Shown here piece by piece: positions 48,966 through 62,022 of a DNA stretch of 64,000 nt. The notes beneath the pieces are model-generated. The model was not told the DNA's origin. It ran no database searches and was given only the letters and a program-made list of their open reading frames with translations. Positions within the stretch are counted from its first letter, which is position 1. Each line of letters opens with the position of its first letter. Location of the stretch: contig MU058781.1 of NCBI GenBank assembly GCA_013265495.1, positions 1,840,963-1,904,962 of the forward strand, in the 5' to 3' direction. The translations under genes and the position numbers were made by a program. The stretch comes from Vicugna vicugna (lineage: Eukaryota).

Positions 48966-51900
48966 AACAGATCCTGGACTCTGATTTTCTGGTTCTCTAC
49001 AGAGAGGGTGAAATTGTTTTCTAGAGATGTCACCAGATACTTGGTTAAAATTTTCAGACGGACGCAGGAAGATGAACTAACAGAACAGAAGGGTGCATAG
49101 TGTGTCCCATTCATTAAGTCTCACAGCCAGAGAACGCGGGAGATGGCGGGGGGGGGGGGGGGGGGAAAGGGCCCGCCCCGCCCTGTGAAAACAGGATGAT
49201 GACGCAGATGGGGGGCCTGCCTCCAGCGGCTACGCCACTGAGCAAACAGGAGGGCCAGGAGGAGCCGAGCATCCCAGTCGCATTAAACACAGTGGTCTCT
49301 GCGAGAGCCTTTTCTCCCTTCGGTGTAGCCGCCTCCATCTGGTGGCAGGTGACTGAGGACCATTCATGCTTTGCCAGAGTGTTTGGCTTCTGCTGTTGCG
49401 GGTTCCCAAGCTATGCCCGAGGACTGGGAAGAAAATGCTGTACAGTATGACAGCAAGCACAGAGAGCCCCAGGTCACATGGTCGCCCCACTCTTCCTTGC
49501 CCCCCCTCCACTGTTATCAAAATGTCAAGAAAGCTTATTAGGCCGGCTGCCAGGGAAACTATCTGCTATTCCAAATACGGAGAGGTGTGACTTATAATTT
49601 CCATGACGATTCATGCTGTTCTTTGAAGAGAAATGAGACACAATGGCTGCTGTCTCCCTCCCTCCCCACCCCACCCCCCGGACTGATAGTATCATCAGTG
49701 GCCCTACTTCCTCTCATTATTTGACTTCATTCTATATTTATCATGCAGAGCTCCCGCCAAGGCCTCAGGGCTGCCACGTTCTCAACAACGTGACCTTCCT
49801 GGGCCCAACCCCACAAACTTTAGCCCTGGACTCTGGCAGGGACACACACACACACACACAGTTAAGGAGGAAACGGCCATTGTCAAGGAAATCGGTCCTA
49901 AAGGAAGTGGCTGAGGAATGAGCATCATCAAGGTCAGTCTCTGGGCACAGTGGAGAAGAGAAGGAAAGGACCCTGTGTTTCTGTGTCTGCCGACAAAGAT
50001 CAGCTTAGGTCTTTTCCATGGTATCCATCCAAGATATTGGATATAGTATCTTGCAATAAACCACAATGGAAAAGAATAGAAAGAAAGAATATATATATAT
50101 AAAACTGAATCACTGCTGTACACCTGAAAATAACCAATATCGTTAATCAACTATACTTAATTCAAAAACATCAGCTCAGGTCTGAGGGCCGTCGAAACAG
50201 TCTGGCTTCCTCCCACCATCGCCTGTAGGACACAGGGGGATGTAGGATTTCCCCAAAGACGTAAGCAGCCATCGAAGGCACACACAGATATCTACAAGTG
50301 TCTGGATTTTGATTCTTGGACTATCTGGTTTACACCTGGGTTCTTTCATCAGATGATCTGGAATGTTGAATTTTTTAAAGAGTTGAATCCTCTGGGGATT
50401 GTTAAGTAGCAGACACAAAGCTGTCAGGTCCAGGAGTCAGAAGATACTCGGCAGAGCACATCCAAGGCTTTTCTCAGCGATATCTGTCGCCTGCGACCGC
50501 CACACTTTTCATTCTGTGATTGCACTAGCCACCAGAAGGCAGCATGACATCCTGGGAGGCCCCCTAGTTCCTAGTCACACTTCTGACCCTAGCACATGCC
50601 ACCAGAGAGTCCTCTAGCACCTAGACCACATTTCAGCCAATGATTTTCACTTTCTGGAAGGTTCTTCCAACTCCTATGAGTATCTTGGGCTCTCTCTGAA
50701 TGTTCGTGGCATTTACTCTGTCTCAGGTCCTCACATCTTTTCAGATTTTCCAGCTTTGTGAAGTTTAGCCCTAGCATTGTCTTTTGAGCATTCCTGAATG
50801 GGAGATGCTCCAAGAAATGTGACACTAGACACCCATCTCCCATCATCTTTGACGTGCAGCAGCCTGATGTACATGGGGGGCTGTGCCCTCTGATGGCTGC
50901 CCAGAGAGCTCGCAGGTTGGGGACGCTTCCTGTCCCTTTCATATTGGCCTGTTCCTGTGTGACGAGGGATCATTCAGAACCCAGAGTTACTTTGGTGGTT
51001 CATATACCAAAGCGATACTACTTCTTCAAAGTTGGTGAGAAGATCTGATGCTCACTGCAAATTTCGATATTTGAATCTCAGAATTTTCCATCTGATCAGA
51101 TTTGGTAACATTGTATAAACCAGAAGATTTAAAAAGTGATTCTTCAAGTGTTGGGTTTCTGCTTAGAATGAATGCTGTATATTCACCCTTAATTTAAGGT
51201 CCATGCAGAACAGAAAAATTCATGCTGGGATTTGATTGCCAAGAAACCAATAAAAGCCTAAAATAAACTGTTTCATACAAGAAAAATGACAAGCGGTTTG
51301 TTCGTGGCATGCATGTGTGTACGTGTGTGACTTTACAGCCAACTTCTATTACTTCTTGGCCAGTTATGGAGGATGGATTTGATTGCTGACAGTATTTGTG
51401 GAAAACAAATTAGCTTTTCCTCCCAAGTCTGATCATCAGACCTTTAAGACCTTAATTTTCCACTCTTCTGTGGTCTTTTAGATTTTCTTGAGCAGCTCCC
51501 GAGGGTCTGAGAGACAGTGAGAGAACAGCCTGGTTTCTGTGGGTATTCAGCATCAGAAGTCACCTGCAGCTTGATCATAATCAACTAGGCTGGAATTTCA
51601 GACCAAGAACAGAGGCTAGAGATCGCTGTCAGCCAGTCTTCTTGTTTTACAGACCAGAGGGTCTCCTATTAGATTAGCAGCGGAGCCAGAACTCACAACT
51701 GGTTGCCCTCTTAATCTAGGATATTTTTCCCACTGGACTAGGCTAGGTTTCTCGAGAACCTTCTCCATCTTAGGATTTACTACTGTTGCTATTAAGTCTT
51801 GGAATTTATAATCACTTGTCCCAGGTTGCCTGGTTTTGCTAGACGTAAGTATAGCGTATTGGCAAAGGATCAAAAACACGGGGCAGGCACAAACACTTTT

Positions 51901-53094
51901 CAGGGTCTGTCCCTACATAAATCTGAGAGGCGTTACATAGTGATGAAGGCCTGACACCCACTCACCCAAAAGATAGTTTTTACTAACAATAAAACAACCA
52001 TCTGGATTTCAGCCAACAGTACAGTGTGGCACCGGCTCACATCTATCTGCCTGTCTAGACAACTCCCTGCAACATCCAGGTACTTGGGGGAGTGAAGTGA
52101 GAATTGAGTTATAAAGGAGTAGGAGACACTAGTCCACAGATATTACTCTGTTTCCCCAAACTGTATCACTTCTCAATGGTCAAAAATACAGGAGTTGTAG
52201 CATCTAATAAAGGATTTGAAAGAAGGGAAAGATCTTCCTATTTTTACATTTCCATGCATCTTGTCTTCCTACACCAAGTTCTGCAGCCCCCAAGGTATGA
52301 AGTTATATCCAGACCCACGGATGCCAACATGCACACGAACCAGCCACCCTCGTCCACCTCCCAGTCAGAACCCAGTGCATGTAACGTGGATGCCACCCTT
52401 CACTGGAACTCTTTTAGATGACACCTGACCTAGGTTTGGGGCTGGACTGGTATTATCCTACTTAACTTGTAAGGTCCTCAAAGAGTTTTTAAAAAATGGA
52501 TCCGTACACTTGGCTGCGAGGTTGTGTACCATCAAATGCCGTCAGCACTACAACTGCAGAGTCGTCCCAAGAAACCCTTTAGTTCCGGCAGCTTCTCTGC
52601 TCCAAGAGGGAGGAGGGATGGCAGGAGCAAAGGGAAGAGAAGAAAAGCTCAAAATGGAAGTGATGACATTGTTGGGTGGTGAGGTGTACAGTCAGGCTCC
52701 CAGTGCACATGTGATACACCACTTTCCGAGAACAAAACAGTTTTGTTCAAGGCCCAGTTCTAAACGCACGTTCCGTTATCATGTATGTAATATACCTAAC
52801 AGGAAGATCAAAGATAAAGCCAAAGGAAGCCTTCAGAGAATTCAGGCGGCACTGGAGATGGTCTGATGGTTCGATAGGCAACCTCGCTTCTTAGTATTTT
52901 GTGGTATTCACTCGAGCTGGGGCTGAGCATATAAGAGGAAGCTTGCTTTTGGTTACCACCTGTTACAGTAAGCCCAACCTCAGTGGTGATAAAATTATGA
53001 CAAGCAGTTCCAGGCTTGCATTTTTGTGCTTCTACGACATAAAAGCAGTGAGGCAATTATTTTTAAGCGGAAGGATGGAGAGGAGATTAGACCC

Positions 53095-53280
53095 ATGATT
53101 CTTCAGTGACCTTTGGCAATGTTTAGAGACATTTTTGGTTGTCATGTTGTGCATGTGCACGTGACTGGTAAGCTAGTGGCTAGAGACCAGGGGTGCTGCC
53201 AAACAGCCTCCAGTGCACAGGCCCCACAGCAAAGCTTTATCCAGCCCCAATGTCAGCGGTCTGAAGTGCAGAAACCCTGC
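53095..53280. mobile_element. MER20 hAT-Charlie element
   Basis: tttggcaatgtttagagacatttttggttgtca...tagagaccaggggtgctgccaaaca...tatccagccccaatgtcagcggtctgaagtgcagaaaccctg. Confidence 0.8.
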
Positions 53281-56200
53281 ATGGAAGGCCGGACACTAAA
53301 CTGCTAACAGAGTCTAATCTCAGCCCTCGCCTTGTAAGACTAAACACGATGAAATCACTGCCTTCTGTGCCTCTGTTTCCCCATCTGCAAAATGAGGATA
53401 ATGAACATGTTCTGTATAATAAAATCATGGCGTCATGAAATTATATATGCGAGACCCTCTGATTTCTTCAGAAGGGTCTCTATAAAATCAAAGCACAGTT
53501 GTGATTACTGCACTATTATAAGCTCATGAAATTGTGTCTGAAGAACTGTACTCCTCCCCCTCGAGGAAAAAAAAATTCCTCTGGGGAAAGAAAACAAACC
53601 AGAAATGAGCTCATCATGATGACACCTGCCATACCAACAAAACAGACACAGTACAGAGAAACGAAATTCTTCCCCTCCAGCAGTGAAGTAAGCTGCGTCT
53701 GTAATTAAGATCTTAATAAGGGAGGCAGGAGACTTGATGTAGACGCTGCGGGCTGTGAAGTGCATAGCTGTTTGAGCCAGGTTTCAACAAGAATGACTGA
53801 AATCCAAGCCCCCTCCCTGCTTCAGGCTCTCAGGTGTCCTCCGTACAGTCCAGATTTCCCAATGGGCTTTCCTTCATTTCTACAGATGCCTGTTTCTGCG
53901 AGGAGAAAGAAAGGGACTACCTTCTTATTTACAAGTGTTATGCTGCAAATATTATTTACAAGCAAACATGCAAAATTTGCCTGAATCCGCTTTAAAAAAG
54001 TCTCTTGGATGATCTCCTGATAAAAAGCTGAAAAAAGTCAGAAGAAAGGCTGGCGTTAGGCAGAAGGGACAATGCCTTTGCCAGCTGATTGATCTCTGGA
54101 GCAGCTCATGTTGACGGTCTAGAGTGACCATGTGTCCCCCAACTTTCCGAGACAATCCCGTTTCAAATGTCCTTCTTATGGGCAGACCATCTGCCCCATT
54201 TTGGGGTCTGTGAAACATGGATATATAACCAAAGAAATGATACATATTTTAAATTAAAAATAAAAGATAGGCCTCCAAGTATCTATCTTGCTACTGTGTC
54301 TGCCTTGACTGAATTTGGGATTTGGGAGGAAAAAAAGATGGGTACTGATAAAAGTCTGAGACTGAGTCAGTGGGCATGTTCTCCAGTTGACAACGTGTTC
54401 TTTCTAAGGAAACGAGATCCTCTCCAAGGGCAAGGGGCCAGCTTCGCAGTGAACGCTGTTGGGCTCCTCCCCTCTGCCCCCAGTTAAGGGGATGCTCATC
54501 ACAGCTCCGAGTGAAAAAGCTGGAGAATCACAGAATGTCACGGGTGCTCTATCCCAGAGGAGCACTCGGGGGGGCAGAGGACTTCAGAGTCTTGCTCTGC
54601 TGGTGCTGACGTGATGGCCAGGAGCACTGCTGGTCCTCTCACCCATTTCCTGCTCCCTCTGAGTCATGTTACAAACGATTAGTCACAGAAAACAGAAAAC
54701 AACCACCACCAATTCATCAACAGACCAGAGACACGTCCTGTTGGATAGTAAGACTCTGAACTCCAAGGCGGCCGGACTGTCTAGATAAGTCCACCTTATT
54801 GCCTTCCCTGTGTGCTGACTTTGCTTGTTATGGTTACTGGGGGCCGAGGGCTGGAACCCAAGCTCGTTCTGCCAGGAGAGCACAGAGCCTGGGGCAGAGG
54901 CGCCGGAGTCAGCCCCACCTCCTGTGGGAGGGAGGTGCTAAATTAAGGGTAACAAACTGACTCCTGCAAGTGAAGTGAGGTTAAGGTTAATTTACACAAG
55001 AGGCAGCATAGGGTGTCCCCATAACTAAAAGAAATCAGGAAAAACAGTAATGACACATCATACTGTCTAAATATATATTGCTTTAATTAAATAGAAAGAT
55101 CTGGTTCAAATCTTAGCGTTATATGCCTTTTGGTGGCTGCAACTTTCTATTGAGTTTCACAAATACTGAAACCCCCACTCCCAACACACACACAGAGCAA
55201 AGAAAGGAACTCAACTTAAATTCAAAAGGAGCTGTCAGACATTTTTGTGCAGAGCTTGTACTTTTACATTTTCATGGTTGCACAATCTTTATTTCTGGTA
55301 AACATAAACATCGTTCCACATAAGGAACACTTTTGGTAACATCTTACAACTATTGCTTTGACATATTAGAAATATCAGGAAAAATTCTCATCGACAAAGA
55401 AATAAGACATCTCCTGAACAATGAACCCAGCCTTTGAATAAGGATCATGAACCACCTACTTAAATACCATTTAGCACAATTAACGGTTGAGGGAGAGGTT
55501 CGGGAAAAGGACCAGCTTTTTTTTTTTTTAATAAGAATAAATTGGTATTTAGCACTTCCTGATGGGGCCCAGACACGTATTTGAAAACATTCCACTGGCA
55601 ATTTTATCATCTCCATGATCAGCTGTCCCCACAACGCGCCACCACCTTGACCATGAAAAATCATTCTCACACCATCACTGCTGACATTTTCTGGAGTGCT
55701 TGCTCCAGCCTTCTCAAAACATACTCCTCAATTCATCTAGATTTCATTGTCTACCTTCTGAAAGAATCACTCTTTCCAGTGGAGGGTGGAAAACATCACC
55801 AACAAGGGATTTATCTTAAAAGGAAGATTCCTCTGGAAGACAGCCTTTTGCAGCTAAGCTGTAATGGTCCCCAGGCGTGCGGAGTCCTCATTAACCAGTA
55901 AGAATTCTCTCGGGGAGATGACTGGAATGTTCAAAGTAAATAAGATGGAGGAGGGTACTGTTGACGAACTATAAACAGGGTTATTTTGGTGGGGGGGGGT
56001 CCATACTCGTTGCAATCATCCATTGCCTAGGTAACCGGCAGCTATGCTTTGCATTTTAAGTTGGAAATAGAGGATTTCTTCCCAGTGGCCCTGTTTTGTT
56101 TATCTTGGCAAAGAGGCTTGGTAATTAAGTCTATATGTTACTGCAGAGTAATTCCATGGTCCCAGGGGGCTGGGATTTCAAACCAATTTGTTTAGGTTTC

Positions 56201-59200
56201 TTTCTAACCCTAAAATGACCTAAAAATAGATCACCAAGACCTCTGATTTTTCATCTCCGTCACTCTGCCTGCAGTAGGATGACAGTATGGTTTATCCTGA
56301 GCCCCATTCACCAACTTCGCACTTCTCCTCTCATTTGCTACATTCATGACTTTCTCTTTTCCTCACACATTTTTTTATTTTTATTTTATTTTATTTTTTA
56401 ATTGAAATATAGCCGATTTACAATGTTGTGTCAGTTTCTGGCACACAGCATCATATTTCAGTCGTACATGAACGTACATATATTCCTTTTCCTTCTAGGT
56501 TACTACAAGATATTGAATATGGTGTGCTATGGATAAACAATTCTAGCCAGTGTTTCCTCTGACATTTTTATCTACATAATGCTTCTGTATCTGTCTGAGT
56601 ATATGTATTATATCTATCTTATAACACATCATATACTAGCTGCCATTTAAAAATGCCTACTGTGTGCTAGGAACTGATGACTTTCATATATTATCTCCTT
56701 ACAACTGTCTGAGAGACAGGTATTATGACTCGTGTTTTATAAATGAGGAAATGGGGCCTGAAGCAGCTTGCCTAAAATTATACTGTTAGAAAGTAACACA
56801 AGTGGGATTTGAAACAAAATCCATACTCTTTCCACTGTGCCACATAGCAAGACTCTTTCAAGAGGTATTTGTGTAAGTACTTTATGAAATCCAATTCAGT
56901 TCAATATTTGTTGAGCAAATTCAGTTCAATATTTGTTGAGCACCTACTATGAGCAAGGTCCTGTAATTTCAGGAATGTCAAATCTTATTAACAACAATGA
57001 AGATACCAAGTCACTCATATATCAGCAAGTGGGGACGTAGGTGTGCTGGTAAATCCTGTGTCTGGCATCTGCATTTCTACAAGACACGTCCAGCCCCATG
57101 GAACAGTCAACAAGACTCAGCCAGCTTAATCTAGTGACTGGGCTTTTGGCACAATCTTGTCACCAAGTCTTGAGTCCGCACTGTCCTTTCAACATCTGTT
57201 GGGCATCTACTCACACAAGCAGAGCTGGGCTGACCAGCACCGTCCACTTCCATACGCAGGGGCCATGGTAATGCCCTACCACGGCAATGGTCTTGTCTAG
57301 GCCTTAGAACGATTCTGTGGGCAGTCATTATCCTTATTTTACAGATAAGAAGACTGAGGCTCAGAGAGCTTATTTTGCCCAAGGTTACAGAGCATTAAGT
57401 CATAGGGAACAGAAATGCCTTTTCCCAAACCCCACACTCTATCTGTGCTGTTAAGGACACAGAAGACCAAGTCCCTGCCCCCCACCCCAAGGCCATAACA
57501 GACTCTGGATCAGACTTTTCATTCAAGGACTTGTCTATCGGTCTGCCTCTACACACAAATAAAGGGTGAGTCTCTCATATTCAGTGGGGCTTTCCTAAAA
57601 CTGGACAGCCCCAGTGGGCAGCCTAAGTGAGTTACAGGTGTTATCTGGACAGTGGTCTGAAGGAAAGGGATTAACGAGTAAGGAACTGCTAATGGGTGCA
57701 GGGCAGAAAGCCTGTCGTGGGAATCACAGGACAGTCAAGGAGATGAAGGTTTAAGCTTTGGGTTGTTCTATGGAGTGGATGGACGAGGAGACTCGACTCC
57801 TGGGATGTGACAGACTAACCAAGTCACACAGGCACAAAGAGACGGGGCAAATGAATGGAAGCAGCCAGGGACCAAGATTTCCCACAGCAGAGTCCAAAGA
57901 GAGGAGGGAGGGAGGGAGGGGGTACTGGGCGTGCTTTAAGTGTGTCATGTCTGTGTGGGTGGCAGGCAGGGGGCAAGCCCTACAGAAGTCTGGTATTAGA
58001 GGAGCATAAAGAATGCTTGAATGAAAAAAATGAGAGACGATGAGGTCATAAGGGCACAAAAGAGGAGGGAATTTGCCAAGAGGCTTGGAAAGTAGAGAGG
58101 AAGTTTTTTTGGTTTTTTTTTTTTTTTTTTCAGAATTGAGGGTGGGGGGGACGCAGGCAGGAAGCCACTGATGAATTCTCAGAAGAGAGCTGATGTATAT
58201 TCCAGCAAGGAGAGGATGCTGAAGGAATCTCTGTTGCTGTGCAACTTGCTAGATTTGGTGTTCTCAGAACACCTTCATTCTACCAAGACTTTGTGTAGGT
58301 AAGTCATTAGCTCTGAAAATGGGCTTGCTCAATAAATAAATACATAAATAAATAGTTAATATTTTTAAAGCATCTTTTCGTCCTTTAAAATTTTTAGATC
58401 TTGCAGAAATTTTAAAAGGGAGGCAGGGGGCAGGTGTCTCTAATTTGGAGTGTGCAGCAACACATCATTTAGAAGAGAATAAAAAATTTAAAACCAAAAC
58501 ATCGAAACAAGGAATCAGGAATGATACAGGTTATAAATGACCACACTAACTAAATCAAAGACACTTGACCATGTGTTCTCAAGGTACTTTGAGAAAATAA
58601 AAGTATTTTTCAAAGTCTCCTCAAAAGCTTTTAATAATACACACTTCCTGGTTTCCCTAAGCTCCTTGACCCACATTAAGCCAGAACATAGGACTTTGAA
58701 TTTCAGAATATAGTTTCTTTATTTGTAAGTTCTAGCTGTAATTTTCTTCAAAATGTTTAAGAATGAATTTGTTGAACTGTAGACTAGACAGATAATGTAG
58801 AATTTTCACGTAGGCACAAAGGGTATAGAAATTTGGCAAAGCCACAAAAGTTGCTCAGTTATTAGAGATCAAACAGGCAATGCCTGGGAGGCACTGACCA
58901 GGCCTGGGCCTGCACAGAGTGGGCGGGGTCTCGGGCCTCTGCTCAAACACAGCTGTGCATGGGCCCTTCAGTTACCTTCCTGGCCATCAGCAGCAACCAT
59001 CCACCTACAGACCCTCAGGAGGGAAGCCTTCACAAGCAAGTCACAGCCACAGCCCCCACCCCATTTCAGAGCATGCTCTGCAGAGGCAGGGGGGCATTTG
59101 GAAAACGCTTCCTAAATGAGGCCCTGCAATTTACTATCAGAGAAGCTCAGATGGAATCCTTCAAACACAAGTGGAACACTAACTGCAGACGAGAGTGACT

Positions 59201-61958
59201 GGAGCCTTCCTATGAAGAAATGAAGACACGTACAATGAGATAAAAATAGACTAGATAGATGCTAACCAAAAAAAAAAAAAAAAAGTTCACCAAAGTAACA
59301 GCTTACATTCCACAGTTCTCAAGGTTACTGTAAATACATAGCTGGCTGACCTGGAGCTGTATGGAAGTTCAAAATGAGTGGAGGCTCAGTTGTTCTCTAG
59401 TTATGATCCCTGAGGTAGCCAAACCAGATAATCTGGTTTAAAAAAAAAAATCTTATAGTGGCTGGATTATAAATCTCTCAGTGAACATTTTTTAGTCTGA
59501 CGGTGCTAAATTCATAGTGTTTAGAGCAAACATAGTGTCTAAAAGACCATTCCTGTCTCCAGGATTTTACAATCTAGTAATTATCTGATTTTACTCCCTA
59601 GGTTGCTCAAATTAAACACATAATTGCCAAACACGCGTTTTATTTTGCTTTGTAGAGTTATTGTCTTAAAAAAAAAATCTATCCTGCAGAAAGACTTTGG
59701 ATGAAATAGAGTCTTAAACTTCCTGGGAGAAGACATAGTCACACAGGACATTTGAGGGAGGTCACAGGTAGGTTCTTTCTCTTTCTTTAATAGTGATTTA
59801 AAGTCACAAGTTCTGGAGCCAGATCACCTTGGTTCAAATCCCAGCTCCACCACTTTTTAGCTGTGTGGCTTTGGACAAATTACTTAGCCTCTCTGTGCCA
59901 CAATTTCCACATTTGAAAATGAGTATAAAGTATTAACATTACCTCATGGAGTTAATTGGGAGAGTTAAATACAACAATCCTGCATTGTCATGGTGAGTCT
60001 TAAGAACTGTTATTTATCACTCTTCTACCTTTGTGTCATTCCCCCTACTTAAAATTACAAAGTCTCCTGAGATAAAATTGTCCATTATTAACTAGAGAGA
60101 AAATAAGCTTTATAAGAAAGGGAAAGTAGATTGCTTCTGCTATTGGTTCCTTTTAGAATCACCACAAGGTGTCAATCTGTCTCTTGGTTTGTCGGAGGGA
60201 GAAGTCAGTAGTTTTGCTGGTGAAGTTGTCCACAAGCTAATAAAAATCATCTATTTACATCACCTGGCAGGATGTTTGACGCTGCTAAGACCCGGCGAAG
60301 AGGCAGGTTTTCCCCAGGAATGCCAATCACGGTTCACATCGTCAGTTGCCATGACATTTTCTTTCCACAAAAGTAAAACTAAACAGGATGAGGTCACTGG
60401 ATAAAAGTGACTTTAGACTTTGTCACTTTCCAGATCGCAGCACTCAACATTGAAAACAGCCATTTATACTTTTGAATAATAAATGTATGAACGTATTTTC
60501 TCTTTTTTGACCCTTCCAGCTGGTTTTTATGAAACTCAGGGTGTTCAGCAATGGGGAGAAGGACAAAGAGTCATTAAGTGGTATCTGGAAATGAGATATT
60601 AGTAATTCCTATCACTGTTCTAAATAAGGGAACTGTGGAAAAATGGGGTGAACTGCTTCAAGAAAGAAAGCTTTCCTGCCAGGTAGAAAGCTTTTTTCCT
60701 GGTTGCATCAAGTCAAAAATAGTAAGAATTTTCAGGATTATCCACTCCCCTGATCTTTCCTATTGAGGCAGAAAATGGAAAGCTGATAGTACAGTGATAA
60801 CTGATACCTGTGTCTTCAGAGAGGTCTCACCTTTTCAAGGAGAACTATAACTCATGCACTACAATAAAGACTTTCGACATTTAGATTTAGAGCTACTGAA
60901 GAAGATTTATAGCTTTTGAATAAAAGATTAATCACTGAAGTTAGCCAGTGGCTATTAGCCAGAACTAAGTATTTACAACCTCACATTAAAAAAGGATGAG
61001 CCAGAAGCTAGGTAATTCAGAAAGAAAGCTAAGTAGCTCCCAGCTACCACAATCCTGAAGGTCAGACAGGCGATGCAAATTGCCAATCCAAAAGCACAAC
61101 CACCTGCCTAAATTCTTTTTAATAGCCTGTTTGTTTAAACGCACTAGCATTGCACCTATTCAGAAGTATTCCTCTTCCAAGGAAAATTCACATCCAGTTC
61201 ATTGCAGTCTGCTCTGAATAGGGTCTGTGGAAGCTGCTTGCCTGGTTAGATGGAGGCAAGTTCAACAAAATGGGGTATTCTAAGCAAGTCATAATCCTTT
61301 TGCCAAGAATAAACACAAGGAGGAGTGAAATGCATGGGAAAATAACACTGAGTGCTATGACACTGTGAGTTTCAGGGACATAAGCTTGCTGGAGCCTTCA
61401 GACCCTCAGTCGATTCAAACGCCAATAAAATGTTTTCAAGAAATGGCAAATACTCATTTGTTCTTAATCTAACATCATTTATGGATGTCAAAATTCTCCA
61501 CCATCAGCTGTATAATAGTACCTGGGGCTTTTAAGGTCTCCCACCAAAAATACATATGGCAAGGTGCTTCCCAAAGCAAACGCGCTAAAGCCAAGGCTGA
61601 AAACAGCTTTAACAACCAGTGTGAGAGACTCAGCAGTTCTGATTCCTCTCTTATTACAGTTCCCGGGACAGTGGAGGCCAGGCCCCGGGAAGCCGCGGAG
61701 ACTTGAGTTAAGGCGCGCTCGGCTTCAAGTTAGCCACCCGCTGATCTACAGCGGCTGCTGCATCCCGGCTCTAAGACCAACTCCACGCAACTTTCAGGGG
61801 AGGTGGCCCCGGGTGTGCCGTAGCTCCCGGCGTGGGTCTTAAGAGACCGGGTCTCTGCCTGCCTGCTTGTATGCCAACCTCAGTGACTGAGCCCCATCTC
61901 AGAGCCCTCTCGGGCACAGCAGAGGTCCCCGCAGAGGAGTTGTCACAGTGGGACACGG

Positions 61959-61980
61959 ACACACACACACACACACACAC
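61959..61980. repeat. (AC)11 microsatellite
   Basis: Perfect run 30 nt into intron 1. Confidence 0.95.
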
Positions 61981-62010
61981 GGAAACCTTATGTAAAAGGA
62001 GCTCTCCTAC

Positions 62011-62022
62011 CTTATACTTCAT
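62011..62022 (-). CDS. NEDD9: NEDD9 coding exon 1 (MKYK)
   Basis: Minus strand reads gctgccgagATGAAGTATAAG|gtaggag, with a purine at -3 and a GT donor at 62010. MKYK is the known HEF1 N-terminus and joins in phase to NLMARAL in exon 2. Confidence 0.93.
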
